Part shown: piece by piece, positions 9,837-19,572 of the stretch
Position numbering within the stretch: the stretch's first letter is position 1
Layout of the letters: every line of letters begins with the position of its first letter
NCBI GenBank assembly: GCA_944320965.1
Contig: CALUJO010000001.1
Span: forward strand, 11,458-75,457
Source: an uncultured Bacteroidaceae bacterium
Lineage (GTDB): Bacteria > Bacteroidota > Bacteroidia > Bacteroidales > Bacteroidaceae
Reading direction: 5' to 3'
Length of the DNA: 64,000 nt
Position numbers and translations under genes: made by a program
The notes under the pieces: generated by a model
The model's input: only the letters and a program-made list of their open reading frames with translations
What the model was told of the DNA's origin: nothing
Database searches by the model: none

Positions 9837-10952
9837 TTATAACAGCTTGTAAACATTTCCGGCCAATACCTTGACAACTCCCTTCATTTCAAGTGAAAAC
9901 ATTATCGTTATAAGCTTGTTCACAGAAATAGAAGCCTCAAGAACTATTGAGTTTATCTGCATGTCCCCGTTTTTACGCAGGAGCTCGACAATCTTTTCCT
10001 CTTCGGGGGTAAGTTCAACAAAAAGCTGATGCTGTATATGCCTGTTCTGACCAGGAGTCATGTCTATGTCCCACATCATGCCTTTAACGAAATCGGCAGC
10101 AGACTGCACAAGTCCAGCCTTGTTTATGCTGATATAGTGGTTGCATCCGGCAGAAAAATCATCCCCTACCCTGCCTGGGAAAGCAAAACAGTCACGGCCA
10201 TAATCAACTGCATAGTTTGCAGTTATCAACGCTCCGCCATGTATAGCCGATTCAATCACAACCGTAGCATCCGCCATTCCGGCGACAATACGGTTACGGG
10301 CTATAAAGTTTTGCCTGTCCGGACGTGTATCTGTCATATACTCGGTAAGGATACCACCGTTTGCCTGCATTGTCGAAGCCGTTGTCTTGTGAACAGACGG
10401 ATATATTCTGTCCAGTCCGTGTGCAAGTACCGCAACTGTAGGCAATCCGTATTCTATTGCCGCCCTGTGCGCCTCGATATCAATTCCATAGGCAAGACCG
10501 CTAACTATAAGCGTATTGGGACAAAGTTCAGCCAGATCCCTTACAAAACGGACACAAAGTGTCTTGCCGTATTCGGTTGCATTGCGCGTACCTACGATAC
10601 TGACAACCTTCAGATTGTTCAAATCCGCCTTACCCTTGAAGAAAATGACGTCAGGTGCATCCTGACATTCTCTCAACCTTGAAGGGTACTCCGTCTCGTT
10701 TTCTATTATGATATTTATATTATTCCTGATTGAGTATTCAACCTCCTTTTCGGCTTCCTTGAAAAGATTCTTGTTTTTAAGCCTTTCAACGACATCATTG
10801 CTTATACCGTTTACATGTGACTTGAGGTCATTTACATTGGCAAAAACAGATTCTGCGGTGCCAAAAGCACCAATCAGCTCACGGACGGCTGCAGGACGCA
10901 GTCCCCTGACCATCTTTAAAGCCAGTCGGCAGGTTGCTTCTCTTTCATTCAT
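9837..10952 (-). CDS. dprA: DNA-processing protein DprA (Smf)
   Basis: GLAYGIDIEAHRAA motif in a Rossmann-like DprA core, plus a C-terminal winged-helix-like tail. Confidence 0.85.
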   Translation of the reverse strand: MNEREATCRLALKMVRGLRPAAVRELIGAFGTAESVFANVNDLKSHVNGISNDVVERLKNKNLFKEAEKEVEYSIRNNINIIIENETEYPSRLRECQDAPDVIFFKGKADLNNLKVVSIVGTRNATEYGKTLCVRFVRDLAELCPNTLIVSGLAYGIDIEAHRAAIEYGLPTVAVLAHGLDRIYPSVHKTTASTMQANGGILTEYMTDTRPDRQNFIARNRIVAGMADATVVIESAIHGGALITANYAVDYGRDCFAFPGRVGDDFSAGCNHYISINKAGLVQSAADFVKGMMWDIDMTPGQNRHIQHQLFVELTPEEEKIVELLRKNGDMQINSIVLEASISVNKLITIMFSLEMKGVVKVLAGNVYKLL

Positions 10953-10954
10953 AA

Positions 10955-11365
10955 TTACAAGTATTTAGCAAAAAGACTGTTAAACATCTCGCTGTCACCC
11001 AACTTTCCGTTTGTCAGACAAACAATCTCCACCTTACCTCTTGCAACAATCCTGTTGTCCGGCAATCTGAAAATATCCTGATAGAATATATACTTTATCC
11101 CTTCCTTTACAAGATAAAGACAGGAACGGAACTTCTCTCCGCCCCTTAAAGGAGTTTTGAACGCTATGGATATCCTTGCAACAACAGGATCTATCCCTTG
11201 CTGATGAAGCCCGTCAAACGGGAGTCCCAACGATTCGATAAACTCATGTCTGGTATGCTCCATATAGTGCTGGTAATTGGCATTGTTCACAATGCCCTGT
11301 GCATCACACTCATAGTCGCGCACCTTCATTTCTATACCAAAGATATATTTATCTGTTGTTTCCAT
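10955..11365 (-). CDS. acyl-CoA thioesterase, 4HBT/YbgC-like hotdog fold
   Basis: 136 aa. The N-terminal pattern VRDYECDAQGIVNNANYQHYMEHTRHEF is typical of YbgC-type thioesterases. Confidence 0.7.
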   Translation of the reverse strand: METTDKYIFGIEMKVRDYECDAQGIVNNANYQHYMEHTRHEFIESLGLPFDGLHQQGIDPVVARISIAFKTPLRGGEKFRSCLYLVKEGIKYIFYQDIFRLPDNRIVARGKVEIVCLTNGKLGDSEMFNSLFAKYL

Positions 11366-11366
11366 T

Positions 11367-12626
11367 TTATTGTTTGTTTTTCAGATTCTCGGCAGACACA
11401 ATCCTGTAAAGTTTGTCGCTCGGACGTATCTTGACAGGGACTTTCATTGAAAAATGTTCTCCCTTGTGAACTGTCTGAACCGGTTTCAGGTCAACCCTTG
11501 CCTCGTCAAGTGTCATATACACAGCACCAGTCGTAGTTCCGGTCACAAGCAATTTGTCTCCGACATTAAGCTCGGCAGCCTCAACAAGGAATTCTGCCAC
11601 ACCGATATTGCTGAAATATTTGATACCTTTTCCGGCATAAATCTTACGTTCTGCAGCTTCCGAACCGTAATTGCTGCTCCATTCACCCAATCTCTGTCCA
11701 AGATAATATCCGTTCCAGAAGCCGCGGTTGAATACAGTCTTCAGGCGTTCGTCCCACTCAGCTATCTTCTCTTCGGTAAATGTTCCGTCAAGATATGCCT
11801 GTATTGCCTCCTTGTAGCATTTTACAACAGTAAGAACATACTCAGGACCACGTGCCCTTCCTTCAATCTTGAAGACTCTTACCCCGGCATCCATCATCTT
11901 GTTCATGAAGTGTATTGTCTTCAAATCCTTAGGAGACATGATATATTTGTTGTCTACTTCAAGTTCTATATCGCTTTCCCTGTCTCTGACAGTATAAGCC
12001 CTGCGGCATACCTGCATGCATGCACCGCGGTTTGCAGACGCACCAAGTTCGTGAAGGCTAAGATAGCACTTGCCCGAAACGGCCATGCACAACGCTCCGT
12101 GACAGAACATCTCTATACGTATCTGTTCCCCACGAGGGCCGCATATGTTTTCCTCGCGTATCTGACGGTATATTTCTGAAACCTGGTCAAGGTTCAACTC
12201 CCTTGCAAGCACAACAACATCGGCAAAACGTGCATAGAATTTTAGGGCTTCGGCATTGGAAATATTCAGCTGGGTTGAAAGATGCACCTCAACACCTACA
12301 CGGTTTGCATATTCCATTACAGCGACATCAGCAGCAATAACGGCAGATATACCGGCCTCTTTTGCAGCATCTACAATCTTGTGCATCAACGGTATATCTT
12401 CGTCATAAATTATAGTGTTTATTGTAAGATAACTCTTTACTCCGTTTGCATCACATAATGCTGCAATCTCCTTCAAATCATTTATAGTAAATGTATTTGA
12501 CGAGCGGGCACGCATGTTAAGATTTTCTATACCGAAGTAAATTGAATCGGCACCGGCCTGTATTGCAGCCGCCAATGATTCGCGGGAGCCTACGGGAGCC
12601 ATTATCTCAAAATCCTTTATTGTCAT
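11367..12626 (-). CDS. peptidase U32 family protein
   Basis: N-terminal APVGSRESLAAAIQAGADSIYFG and the U32 signature EMFCHGALCMAVSGKCYLS. Confidence 0.8.
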   Translation of the reverse strand: MTIKDFEIMAPVGSRESLAAAIQAGADSIYFGIENLNMRARSSNTFTINDLKEIAALCDANGVKSYLTINTIIYDEDIPLMHKIVDAAKEAGISAVIAADVAVMEYANRVGVEVHLSTQLNISNAEALKFYARFADVVVLARELNLDQVSEIYRQIREENICGPRGEQIRIEMFCHGALCMAVSGKCYLSLHELGASANRGACMQVCRRAYTVRDRESDIELEVDNKYIMSPKDLKTIHFMNKMMDAGVRVFKIEGRARGPEYVLTVVKCYKEAIQAYLDGTFTEEKIAEWDERLKTVFNRGFWNGYYLGQRLGEWSSNYGSEAAERKIYAGKGIKYFSNIGVAEFLVEAAELNVGDKLLVTGTTTGAVYMTLDEARVDLKPVQTVHKGEHFSMKVPVKIRPSDKLYRIVSAENLKNKQ

Positions 12627-12685
12627 AATAGTATTTATACTGTGAAGTTATAAGCAATAATATGTCTATTTTAATGTATTATTCG

Positions 12686-12693
12686 CAAAGGTA
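12686..12693 (-). promoter_or_regulatory. -7 promoter box for the U32 operon
   Basis: The minus strand reads TACCTTTG, 60 nt upstream of the ATG at 12626. It is divergent from the dusB promoter. Confidence 0.4.
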
Positions 12694-12705
12694 GGCTTTT
12701 TTCTG

Positions 12706-12713
12706 TATTTTTG
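12706..12713 (+). promoter_or_regulatory. -7 promoter box for dusB
   Basis: TATTTTTG, 22 nt upstream of the ATG at 12735. Confidence 0.45.
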
Positions 12714-12734
12714 CACTGATTTTAATACAGATAT

Positions 12735-13715
12735 ATGAATATAGGCAACTTAAAATTGGAAAAATACCCTGTCTTCCTTGCTCCTATGGAAGATGTGACA
12801 GATGTATCTTTCAGACTAATGTGCAAAAAATTCGGTGCAGATATGGTATATACCGAATTTGTTTCAAGCGATGCTCTGATAAGGTCAGTCACCAAAACCG
12901 AACAGAAACTAAAAATAAGCGAAGAGGAAAGACCAGTCGCAATACAGATTTACGGCAAGGATACAGACGCTATGGTTGAAGCTGCCAAAATATGCGAGGC
13001 TGCCAAACCGGATATTCTTGACATTAACTTCGGCTGCCCCGTAAAAAGGGTTGCAGGCAAAGGTGCAGGAGCCGGCATGTTGCAGAATATACCAAAAATG
13101 CTTGAGATAACAAGAGAAGTTGTTAAGGCAGTAAACATACCTGTAACCGTCAAGACAAGACTTGGGTGGGACAGTAATTCGCTTATAATAACCACACTTG
13201 CCGAGCAACTGCAGGACTGCGGAATTGCCGCGCTCACAATACACGGCCGTACAAGGGCACAGATGTACACAGGCGAAGCCGACTGGACCCTGATAGGCGA
13301 AGTCAAGAACAATCCCCGCATACATATACCGATAATAGGGAACGGTGACATTACATCCGACGAAAAAGCCAAGGAATACTTTGACAGATACGGAGTTGAC
13401 GCCATTATGATAGGTCGTGGAAGTATCGGAAGACCATGGATATTCCGCGAAGTGAAACATTATCTCAATACTGGCGAACATCTGCCCAAAGAACCTTTCA
13501 AATGGTATATTGACGTACTGAGAGAAGAAGTCAAGCAAAGTGTTGAAAGACTGGATGAGAGAAGAGGAATAATACATATCCGCCGACATCTTGCAGCAAC
13601 GCCATTATTCAAGGGCATACCAAACTTCCGTGATACAAGAATCGCAATGCTGCGCACCGAATCTGTTGAAGAGCTGTTCGATATATTCGACAAAATAGAA
13701 AGGGACTTTGCATAA
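12735..13715 (+). CDS. dusB: tRNA dihydrouridine synthase
   Basis: LAPMEDVTDVSFR, a TIM-barrel Dus core with INFGCP and HGRT motifs. Length is 326 aa. Confidence 0.85.
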   Translation: MNIGNLKLEKYPVFLAPMEDVTDVSFRLMCKKFGADMVYTEFVSSDALIRSVTKTEQKLKISEEERPVAIQIYGKDTDAMVEAAKICEAAKPDILDINFGCPVKRVAGKGAGAGMLQNIPKMLEITREVVKAVNIPVTVKTRLGWDSNSLIITTLAEQLQDCGIAALTIHGRTRAQMYTGEADWTLIGEVKNNPRIHIPIIGNGDITSDEKAKEYFDRYGVDAIMIGRGSIGRPWIFREVKHYLNTGEHLPKEPFKWYIDVLREEVKQSVERLDERRGIIHIRRHLAATPLFKGIPNFRDTRIAMLRTESVEELFDIFDKIERDFA

Positions 13716-13774
13716 AAGTCCGGAAAAATACAGACTTTTTCCATAAAATAAAATCTTTAAGAAAAGGCAGACAA

Positions 13775-13895
13775 CAACTGTCAGGAAAACGTAGAAGATA
13801 TTTGTCAGAAACCTTTGGTGTTTTAGGTAAATACCTTCTATGTTTTTAGAAAAATCATTTAAAGTTTTTTGAGAAAATCCTCCCAGGCTTTCAGA
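13775..13895. repeat. dispersed intergenic repeat, copy 1 (phased A-run/T-run units)
   Basis: TATTTGTCAGAAACCTTTGGTGTTTT (13799-13824) matches 53316-53341 with one mismatch. Four units of A3-5 N9-11 T4-6 start at about 13809, 13829, 13850 and 13873. Confidence 0.55.
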
Positions 13896-13993
13896 CAATT
13901 AATGACCACAATTTACCAATTGGTCCAACTTACTGTTTTTTCAGCCAATCATAGCAAAGTCATAATATGATAAAAAACAAATAAATTATAATG

Positions 13994-14033
13994 CAAAAAA
14001 ATCCGGTTATCAGTAAAACACATGATAACCGGA
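13994..14033 (-). terminator. intrinsic terminator after the 14068-14466 lipoprotein gene
   Basis: 11-bp stem TCCGGTTATCA/TGATAACCGGA. On the minus strand it is followed by a T7 run (A-run at 13994-14000 on plus). Confidence 0.65.
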
Positions 14034-14067
14034 GCTGCAATATATTTATAATATACGTTAGGTCAAC

Positions 14068-14466
14068 CTATTCCATTGTCCACAACCACTTTCCGTCAAC
14101 TTTCTTCAAAGTCAGGTCATCATCCTTTGTCTTACCGTCTTCGTATAAATACGAGATTTTGACAGTAGCGGTATTACCGTCTTCGGAAACCTCGGCAGTA
14201 CCAACTTCAAATGATTTGATTTTTTCCTGTTCACCCATTCCACTCGCAGCCTGAAGCAATGCAAGTATCATTGCCTTTCCTTTTTCAAGTTCTTCCTTAC
14301 TTGTACCTTCATCATATGCTACATACTCTACAAGCTCCTCATAATTTCCGTCAATTCTCAATTGCATATATTTTTTTGCAGCAGATTCCGGAGAATCAGT
14401 AGAAGAACATGATACGAGAACGATTCCAATAAAAGCAAATAAGCTAAAAAATAATTTCTTTACCAT
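14068..14466 (-). CDS. small lipoprotein of unknown function (possibly DUF4878-like)
   Basis: Internal Met at 14466 gives MVKKLFFSLFAFIGIVLVSCSS, a lipoprotein signal with lipobox Cys. The upstream extension in the track ORF looks non-coding. Confidence 0.5.
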   Translation of the reverse strand: MVKKLFFSLFAFIGIVLVSCSSTDSPESAAKKYMQLRIDGNYEELVEYVAYDEGTSKEELEKGKAMILALLQAASGMGEQEKIKSFEVGTAEVSEDGNTATVKISYLYEDGKTKDDDLTLKKVDGKWLWTME

Positions 14467-14634
14467 AATAATCAGATTTAAAGAATTAATAATATTGTTT
14501 TTTATTTTACCTTTTGCTTCAAATCTATGCAAAAGGCTTCTCTGTTTATGGGCAAAGAATCATTTTTATAATTCAAATGATAAAAAAACAGCGGCAATTT
14601 ATATCAATGGGTAAAATATACAACTTGAAACATA

Positions 14635-15705
14635 CTAATCTGCCTTTTTCACATTGTATTTGCGATATTGCAGAGGGGTCATATTATGCTTCTTCATAAA
14701 TGCACGTCTGTAGGTACTTATTGAATTGAACCCTACAGTCTGCGCAATTTCTTCCTGTGACATCTCAAGATTTTCAGACAAAAGTATCTTTTCTGCATAA
14801 AGAAGTCTGTATCCGTTCACATAATCATAGAAATTTACTTTCAGGACACTGTTCAGGTATGAAGAGAAATAACTGCGGTTTGTTCCTACCATCTTGACAA
14901 CTTCGGGCATTGTCAATTGAGGATTACGGGCAATTTCCTTTATTTCAAACAAATCGCTGAGTTCTTTCTCAAAGCCATAGACCTTTATACTATCCATATC
15001 TATATCATTGGAAGAAAGTGTCTCAATTTCAGCTGCCGAGGATTTAACATCATCATTTATAAGTTCCTGCCTTTTTGACTTATAAGCAATAATGCCCCAT
15101 ATAAGCATAATTGAAAAATAGTAGATTATATCGCCGACATCTCTTCCCGGATATGCCACAAAAAACCATAGAACCAAAGCTACGGCAAGTAATGACACAG
15201 ACCTCCAAAGCCACTTTATATCCACTTTATCTGTATCTGAATAGTATAACTTTATAAGCCTGTTGTATTTTTTTGTGCCAAAATATAAATAAACGATAAT
15301 AAAACCTCCATACAATAATGAATAATACATTGTGATTTCATATACAATATCATATGGGAATATGAAAAAAGAAACAAACAGCAATATGTATGGTGCCATA
15401 TGCATAAGGCCTTTCTTCCAACTAAGGCAACATGGATTTAGCAATTCCATAACATAAAAGGCACACGAAACAACTGCTGGAGATTCGGTCATAAGCAGCA
15501 GCTTGTAATAATATTCGGAAGATGAAAACGGTTCTATCTGATATAATGGATCCTTCAAGAGGAGCAGACTCCAAAAAGAAAAAATACAACCTATTATTGT
15601 ATTAAATCTTTTATTTTTTTTACGCATGAAAAATGAATATGCCTCAGTTGCAAAAAACATAAAACATACACCATTTATAAATCCCAATATCCCTGTAAGG
15701 TCCAT
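14635..15705 (-). CDS. membrane-anchored AraC-family transcriptional regulator
   Basis: The N-terminal 210 aa or so are strongly hydrophobic, with about 6 predicted TM helices. The C-terminal 100 aa form an AraC-type HTH (...YFSSYLNSVLKVNFYDYVNGYRL...ISTYRRAFMKKHNMTPLQYR). Confidence 0.7.
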   Translation of the reverse strand: MDLTGILGFINGVCFMFFATEAYSFFMRKKNKRFNTIIGCIFSFWSLLLLKDPLYQIEPFSSSEYYYKLLLMTESPAVVSCAFYVMELLNPCCLSWKKGLMHMAPYILLFVSFFIFPYDIVYEITMYYSLLYGGFIIVYLYFGTKKYNRLIKLYYSDTDKVDIKWLWRSVSLLAVALVLWFFVAYPGRDVGDIIYYFSIMLIWGIIAYKSKRQELINDDVKSSAAEIETLSSNDIDMDSIKVYGFEKELSDLFEIKEIARNPQLTMPEVVKMVGTNRSYFSSYLNSVLKVNFYDYVNGYRLLYAEKILLSENLEMSQEEIAQTVGFNSISTYRRAFMKKHNMTPLQYRKYNVKKAD

Positions 15706-15753
15706 ATATCACATATAATCAATATCCTAGCAACAAAAATAATATTTTTAAAC

Positions 15754-15796
15754 ATAAAAAACAAAGGCGAAAGAAGTTTTGTTTCTTTCGCCTTTG
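15754..15796 (-). terminator. intrinsic terminator after pnp
   Basis: 14-bp stem CAAAGGCGAAAGAA/TTCTTTCGCCTTTG, with a T-run on the minus strand. Confidence 0.7.
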
Positions 15797-15815
15797 TTTA
15801 CATATATGTTATTAA

Positions 15816-18011
15816 TTATTCCTTGTCTTTCTTAGCAGGACGTTCTTTTCTTTCAGGACGAGGTCTTCTTTCAGGACGCTCGTTTTCCATACCTTCCGGA
15901 CGTGGAAGAAGGACTTTTCTTGAAAGTTTGAACTTACCAGTCTTCTGGTCAATGTCAACAAGTTTGACTTCAATTGAATCACCTTCCTTCAAACCTGCTT
16001 CCTCAACAGTTTCCAGACGCTTCCAATCTATTTCTGAGATATGAAGAAGTCCGTCTTTACCTGGAAGGAACTCAACGAAAGCACCGTAAGGCATAATTGA
16101 ACGTACTGTACCTTTATAAGTTTCACCTACTTCAGGAACAGCAACAATTGCTTTTACACGTGCAAGAGCCTTGTCAATAGCTTCCTTGTTGTTTGCTGCT
16201 ATTTCAAGCTTACCTACATTGTCAACTTCCTCGATAGTAATTACGGCACCGCTTTCTTCCTGGATACCCTGTATAATCTTACCGCTAGGACCGATTACAG
16301 CACCAATCATATCCTTAGGAATATCCATGCATACGATACGTGGAGCATGAGGTTTAAGGTCTTCACGAGGTTCTGCAATAGTCTCTGTAATCTTGTTAAG
16401 GATATACAGACGTCCTTCTTTTGCCTGATTCAATGCGCGTTCAAGGATATCAAATGAAAGACCGTCAACCTTTATATCCATCTGTGTTGCAGTGATACCG
16501 TCCTTAGTACCTGTAACCTTAAAGTCCATATCGCCAAGGTGGTCTTCATCACCAAGGATATCAGACAATACAGCATATTTGTCTTCTCCAGGATTCTTGA
16601 TAAGTCCCATTGCAATACCTGAAACAGGTTTCTTTATCTTAACACCGGCATCCATAAGTGCAAGTGTTCCTGCACATACTGTTGCCATTGATGAAGAACC
16701 GTTTGATTCAAGTATATCTGAAACTACACGTACTGTATAAGGATAATCAGCAGGAATCATGTCCTTCAAAGCTCTCCATGCCAAATGTCCGTGACCGATT
16801 TCACGACGGCCTACACCACGCTGTGCCTTAGCTTCGCCTGTTGAGAATGGAGGGAAGTTATAGTGAAGAAGGAATCTTTCCTTTGACTGGTTCAAAACGT
16901 CGTCAACAATCTTCTCGTCAAGTTTGGTACCAAGAGTAACTGTTGACAATGACTGTGTCTCACCACGAGTGAAAATTGATGAACCATGAGGGCCAGGAAG
17001 GTAACCTACTTCACACCAGATAGGACGTATTTCGGTTGTTGAACGGCCGTCAAGACGCTTGCCTTCATCAAGGATGCAACGGCGCATAGCTTCCTTTTCA
17101 ACATCATGATAATATTTGTCGATAAGCGGAGCCTTTGTTTCAAGTTCTTCTTCAGTGAACTGAGCCTTGAATTCTTCGCATATTGCTTCAAAAGCTTCAC
17201 CTCTTTCCTGTTTGTTTCTGTTACCGCTCTGTGCAACTGCATATGCTTTTGCATAACATGCATCATGAACAGCCTGACGAAGTTCTTCGTCATTTTCTTC
17301 ATGGCAGTATTCACGTTTGACAGTCTTTCCAACTTCTTCCATAAGTTCCATCTGTGCCTTACACTGAGGTTTGATGGCTTCGTGAGCAGCTTTCATTGCT
17401 TCAAGAAGGTCTGTTTCAGAAACTTCCTTCATTTCACCTTCAACCATCATTATATTGTCGTAAGTTGCACCAACCATCAAATCCATGTCTGCGCGTTCCA
17501 ATTGTTCAAATGTAGGGTTGATTACGAATTGACCGTCAATACGTGCAACACGAACTTCAGAAATAGGACCACCGAACGGTATATCACTTACTGCAAGCGC
17601 AGCAGAAGCTGCAAGTCCTGCAAGGGCATCAGGCATATCTACACCGTCAGCAGAGAACAATATGATGTTAACATATACTTCTGCGTGATAATCTGATGGG
17701 AACAAAGGTCTAAGGGCTCTGTCCACCAGACGGCAAGTCAGGATTTCATAATCAGAAGCTCTTCCTTCACGTTTTGTAAATCCGCCCGGAAAACGTCCGA
17801 AAGCAGAATATTTTTCTTTGTACTCTACCTGTAGAGGCATAAAATCGGTCCCGGGAACTGCATCTTTGGCTGCACAAACTGTTGCTAAAAGCATAGTATT
17901 ACCCATGCGAAGCATAACGGAACCGTCCGCTTGTTTTGCAAGCTTTCCCGTCTCGAGCGTGATGACCCTGCCATCTGGCAACTCGATTGTCTTAACAATT
18001 GGATTAATCAT
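15816..18011 (-). CDS. pnp: polyribonucleotide nucleotidyltransferase (PNPase)
   Basis: Full-length match in feel to PNPase, with two RNase PH domains, KH and S1 domains. It ends in a short R/P/E/K-rich tail. Confidence 0.95.
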   Translation of the reverse strand: MINPIVKTIELPDGRVITLETGKLAKQADGSVMLRMGNTMLLATVCAAKDAVPGTDFMPLQVEYKEKYSAFGRFPGGFTKREGRASDYEILTCRLVDRALRPLFPSDYHAEVYVNIILFSADGVDMPDALAGLAASAALAVSDIPFGGPISEVRVARIDGQFVINPTFEQLERADMDLMVGATYDNIMMVEGEMKEVSETDLLEAMKAAHEAIKPQCKAQMELMEEVGKTVKREYCHEENDEELRQAVHDACYAKAYAVAQSGNRNKQERGEAFEAICEEFKAQFTEEELETKAPLIDKYYHDVEKEAMRRCILDEGKRLDGRSTTEIRPIWCEVGYLPGPHGSSIFTRGETQSLSTVTLGTKLDEKIVDDVLNQSKERFLLHYNFPPFSTGEAKAQRGVGRREIGHGHLAWRALKDMIPADYPYTVRVVSDILESNGSSSMATVCAGTLALMDAGVKIKKPVSGIAMGLIKNPGEDKYAVLSDILGDEDHLGDMDFKVTGTKDGITATQMDIKVDGLSFDILERALNQAKEGRLYILNKITETIAEPREDLKPHAPRIVCMDIPKDMIGAVIGPSGKIIQGIQEESGAVITIEEVDNVGKLEIAANNKEAIDKALARVKAIVAVPEVGETYKGTVRSIMPYGAFVEFLPGKDGLLHISEIDWKRLETVEEAGLKEGDSIEVKLVDIDQKTGKFKLSRKVLLPRPEGMENERPERRPRPERKERPAKKDKE

Positions 18012-18050
18012 AAGATTTTATTTATTCTTTTTCTTTTCACAAAAATCGTA

Positions 18051-18058
18051 CAAATATA
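18051..18058 (-). promoter_or_regulatory. -7 promoter box for pnp
   Basis: The minus strand reads TATATTTG, 40 nt upstream of the ATG at 18011. Confidence 0.45.
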
Positions 18059-18176
18059 CAGATTAATTATTATAGGCAACCATATATGGCATATAAATTT
18101 TATTGATTTTCAGTATTTTCATACACTTATCGGTTTATTATTACACTTAAAACCTTTGCTGTTAAATCAAAATAAG

Positions 18177-18184
18177 TAACTTTG
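18177..18184 (+). promoter_or_regulatory. -7 promoter box for the TlpA-like lipoprotein gene
   Basis: TAACTTTG, 50 nt upstream of the ATG at 18234. Confidence 0.45.
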
Positions 18185-18233
18185 CAATCATTAATTATTA
18201 AACAATAAAAAAACTGACTAAATCATATAAATC

Positions 18234-19391
18234 ATGAAAAAAATAGGAGTTATTCTTTCATCCATCATACTATTGCTGGCATCATGCTCAGACTCCGAAC
18301 AATTCAAAGTAAAAGGTAACATTTCAGAAGCAGAAGGAAGCATGCTCTATCTGGAACATGTTGATATCTTGGGAAATATACCATTGGACTCTACAAGACT
18401 GAATGCAAACGGAAACTTTAAATTTGCTGTAAACAAGTATAATTCACCGGAATTCTTCAGACTTAGAGTCAATAACAAATTCGTTAATTTCGTAATTGAT
18501 TCGACAGAAACCGTACAGATAAACGGTGACTATACAAAACTTGAAAAAGAATATGAAATATCACCATCAGAAGACAATGAAAAGATAAAAGAACTGTCAT
18601 TAAAACTGAACAGTCTGCAAGCCGACATTGACAAGCTGATGCAAAAGGCTATTGATAAAGAAATGCAGGTTACCGTATTCAATGATTCTGTAGCAAACAT
18701 GATGCAGCATTTCAAGGACAATGTTAAATTGAACTATATATTCAAAGCCCCGGACAAACTGTATTCATACTTTGCTCTGTTCATGAGAGTAAATGATTTT
18801 CTGATGTTCGACCCTTATAACAACAAGGATGATATAAAATGCTTTGCTGCAGTTGCAACAAGTATGGAACGTAAGTATCCTCATTCCGACAGAACCAAAC
18901 ATCTTACAAACATTACTCTGAGAGGAATGAAGAACACACGCAACATGGAAGGCAAAACACTGTATATTCCTGAAGAAAAATTCTCTGAAACAGGTATTAT
19001 AGATATATCACTAAATGACGCGAACGGCAATACTGTCAAACTAAGCAGTCTGAAAGGAAAAGTAGTAATACTTGATTTCATGGTACACCAGTCAACAATA
19101 TCAGTCGGACACAACCTATTCCTGAGAGAACTGTATGACAAATACAAGGACAAAGGACTTGAAATTTATCAGGTATCACTGGATGCTGACGAACATTATT
19201 GGAGACAGACAACAATCAATTTGCCTTGGATTTGCGTAAGAGACCAAAATGGTGTTTATTCGCCACTTGTAGAATCTTACAATATACAGACAATTCCTAC
19301 AATATATCTTGTTGACAGAAACAGTAATCTTGACACAAAAGTTACAGAAATGGAAAATGTGGAAACAAGAATACTGCAATTACTAAAATAA
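18234..19391 (+). CDS. lipoprotein with DUF4369-like N-domain and TlpA/thioredoxin-like C-domain lacking the CxxC motif
   Basis: Lipoprotein signal LLLASCSD. The C-terminal region GKVVILDFMVHQSTISVGHNLFLRELYDKYKDKGLEIYQVSLD aligns by eye to TlpA-type GKVVLIDFWASWCGPC...YKDKGFEI, but has no cysteines. Confidence 0.6.
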   Translation: MKKIGVILSSIILLLASCSDSEQFKVKGNISEAEGSMLYLEHVDILGNIPLDSTRLNANGNFKFAVNKYNSPEFFRLRVNNKFVNFVIDSTETVQINGDYTKLEKEYEISPSEDNEKIKELSLKLNSLQADIDKLMQKAIDKEMQVTVFNDSVANMMQHFKDNVKLNYIFKAPDKLYSYFALFMRVNDFLMFDPYNNKDDIKCFAAVATSMERKYPHSDRTKHLTNITLRGMKNTRNMEGKTLYIPEEKFSETGIIDISLNDANGNTVKLSSLKGKVVILDFMVHQSTISVGHNLFLRELYDKYKDKGLEIYQVSLDADEHYWRQTTINLPWICVRDQNGVYSPLVESYNIQTIPTIYLVDRNSNLDTKVTEMENVETRILQLLK

Positions 19392-19452
19392 TTACGTAAG
19401 TATCTTATACATAAAATATTCTAAACGGATTTGGTTTTAATGAATAAATCCG

Positions 19453-19460
19453 TATATTTG
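19453..19460 (+). promoter_or_regulatory. -7 promoter box for greA
   Basis: TATATTTG, 113 nt upstream of the greA ATG. Confidence 0.45.
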
Positions 19461-19481
19461 CAAAACATTAAGGAAATAAAG

Positions 19482-19517
19482 GGGTTCCGGTCTTAAATGA
19501 TCGGAATTCTTTTTTTT
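19482..19517 (+). terminator. terminator-like hairpin inside the greA 5' leader (possible attenuator)
   Basis: Stem GGGTTCCGGTC/GATCGGAATTC with G-U pairs, followed by T8 at 19510-17. It lies between the promoter box (19453-60) and the greA ATG (19573). Confidence 0.5.
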
Positions 19518-19572
19518 CACATTACTACAGTTAATAAATATAATTAAGAATAAAAACAAAGGAGGATTTATT

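Noticed and set aside
10029-10682. 217-aa ORF antisense to dprA. Similar long antisense ORFs occur at 11454..12179 (opposite U32), 12909..13589 and 12950..13405 (opposite dusB), 17106..17696 (opposite pnp), 53401..54246 (opposite radical SAM) and 59670..60527 plus 58793..59431 (opposite mutS).
   Set aside because: Each lies fully inside a confidently identified gene on the other strand. Their translations are Cys/Ser/Phe/Leu-rich with no motifs. They are typical shadow ORFs.
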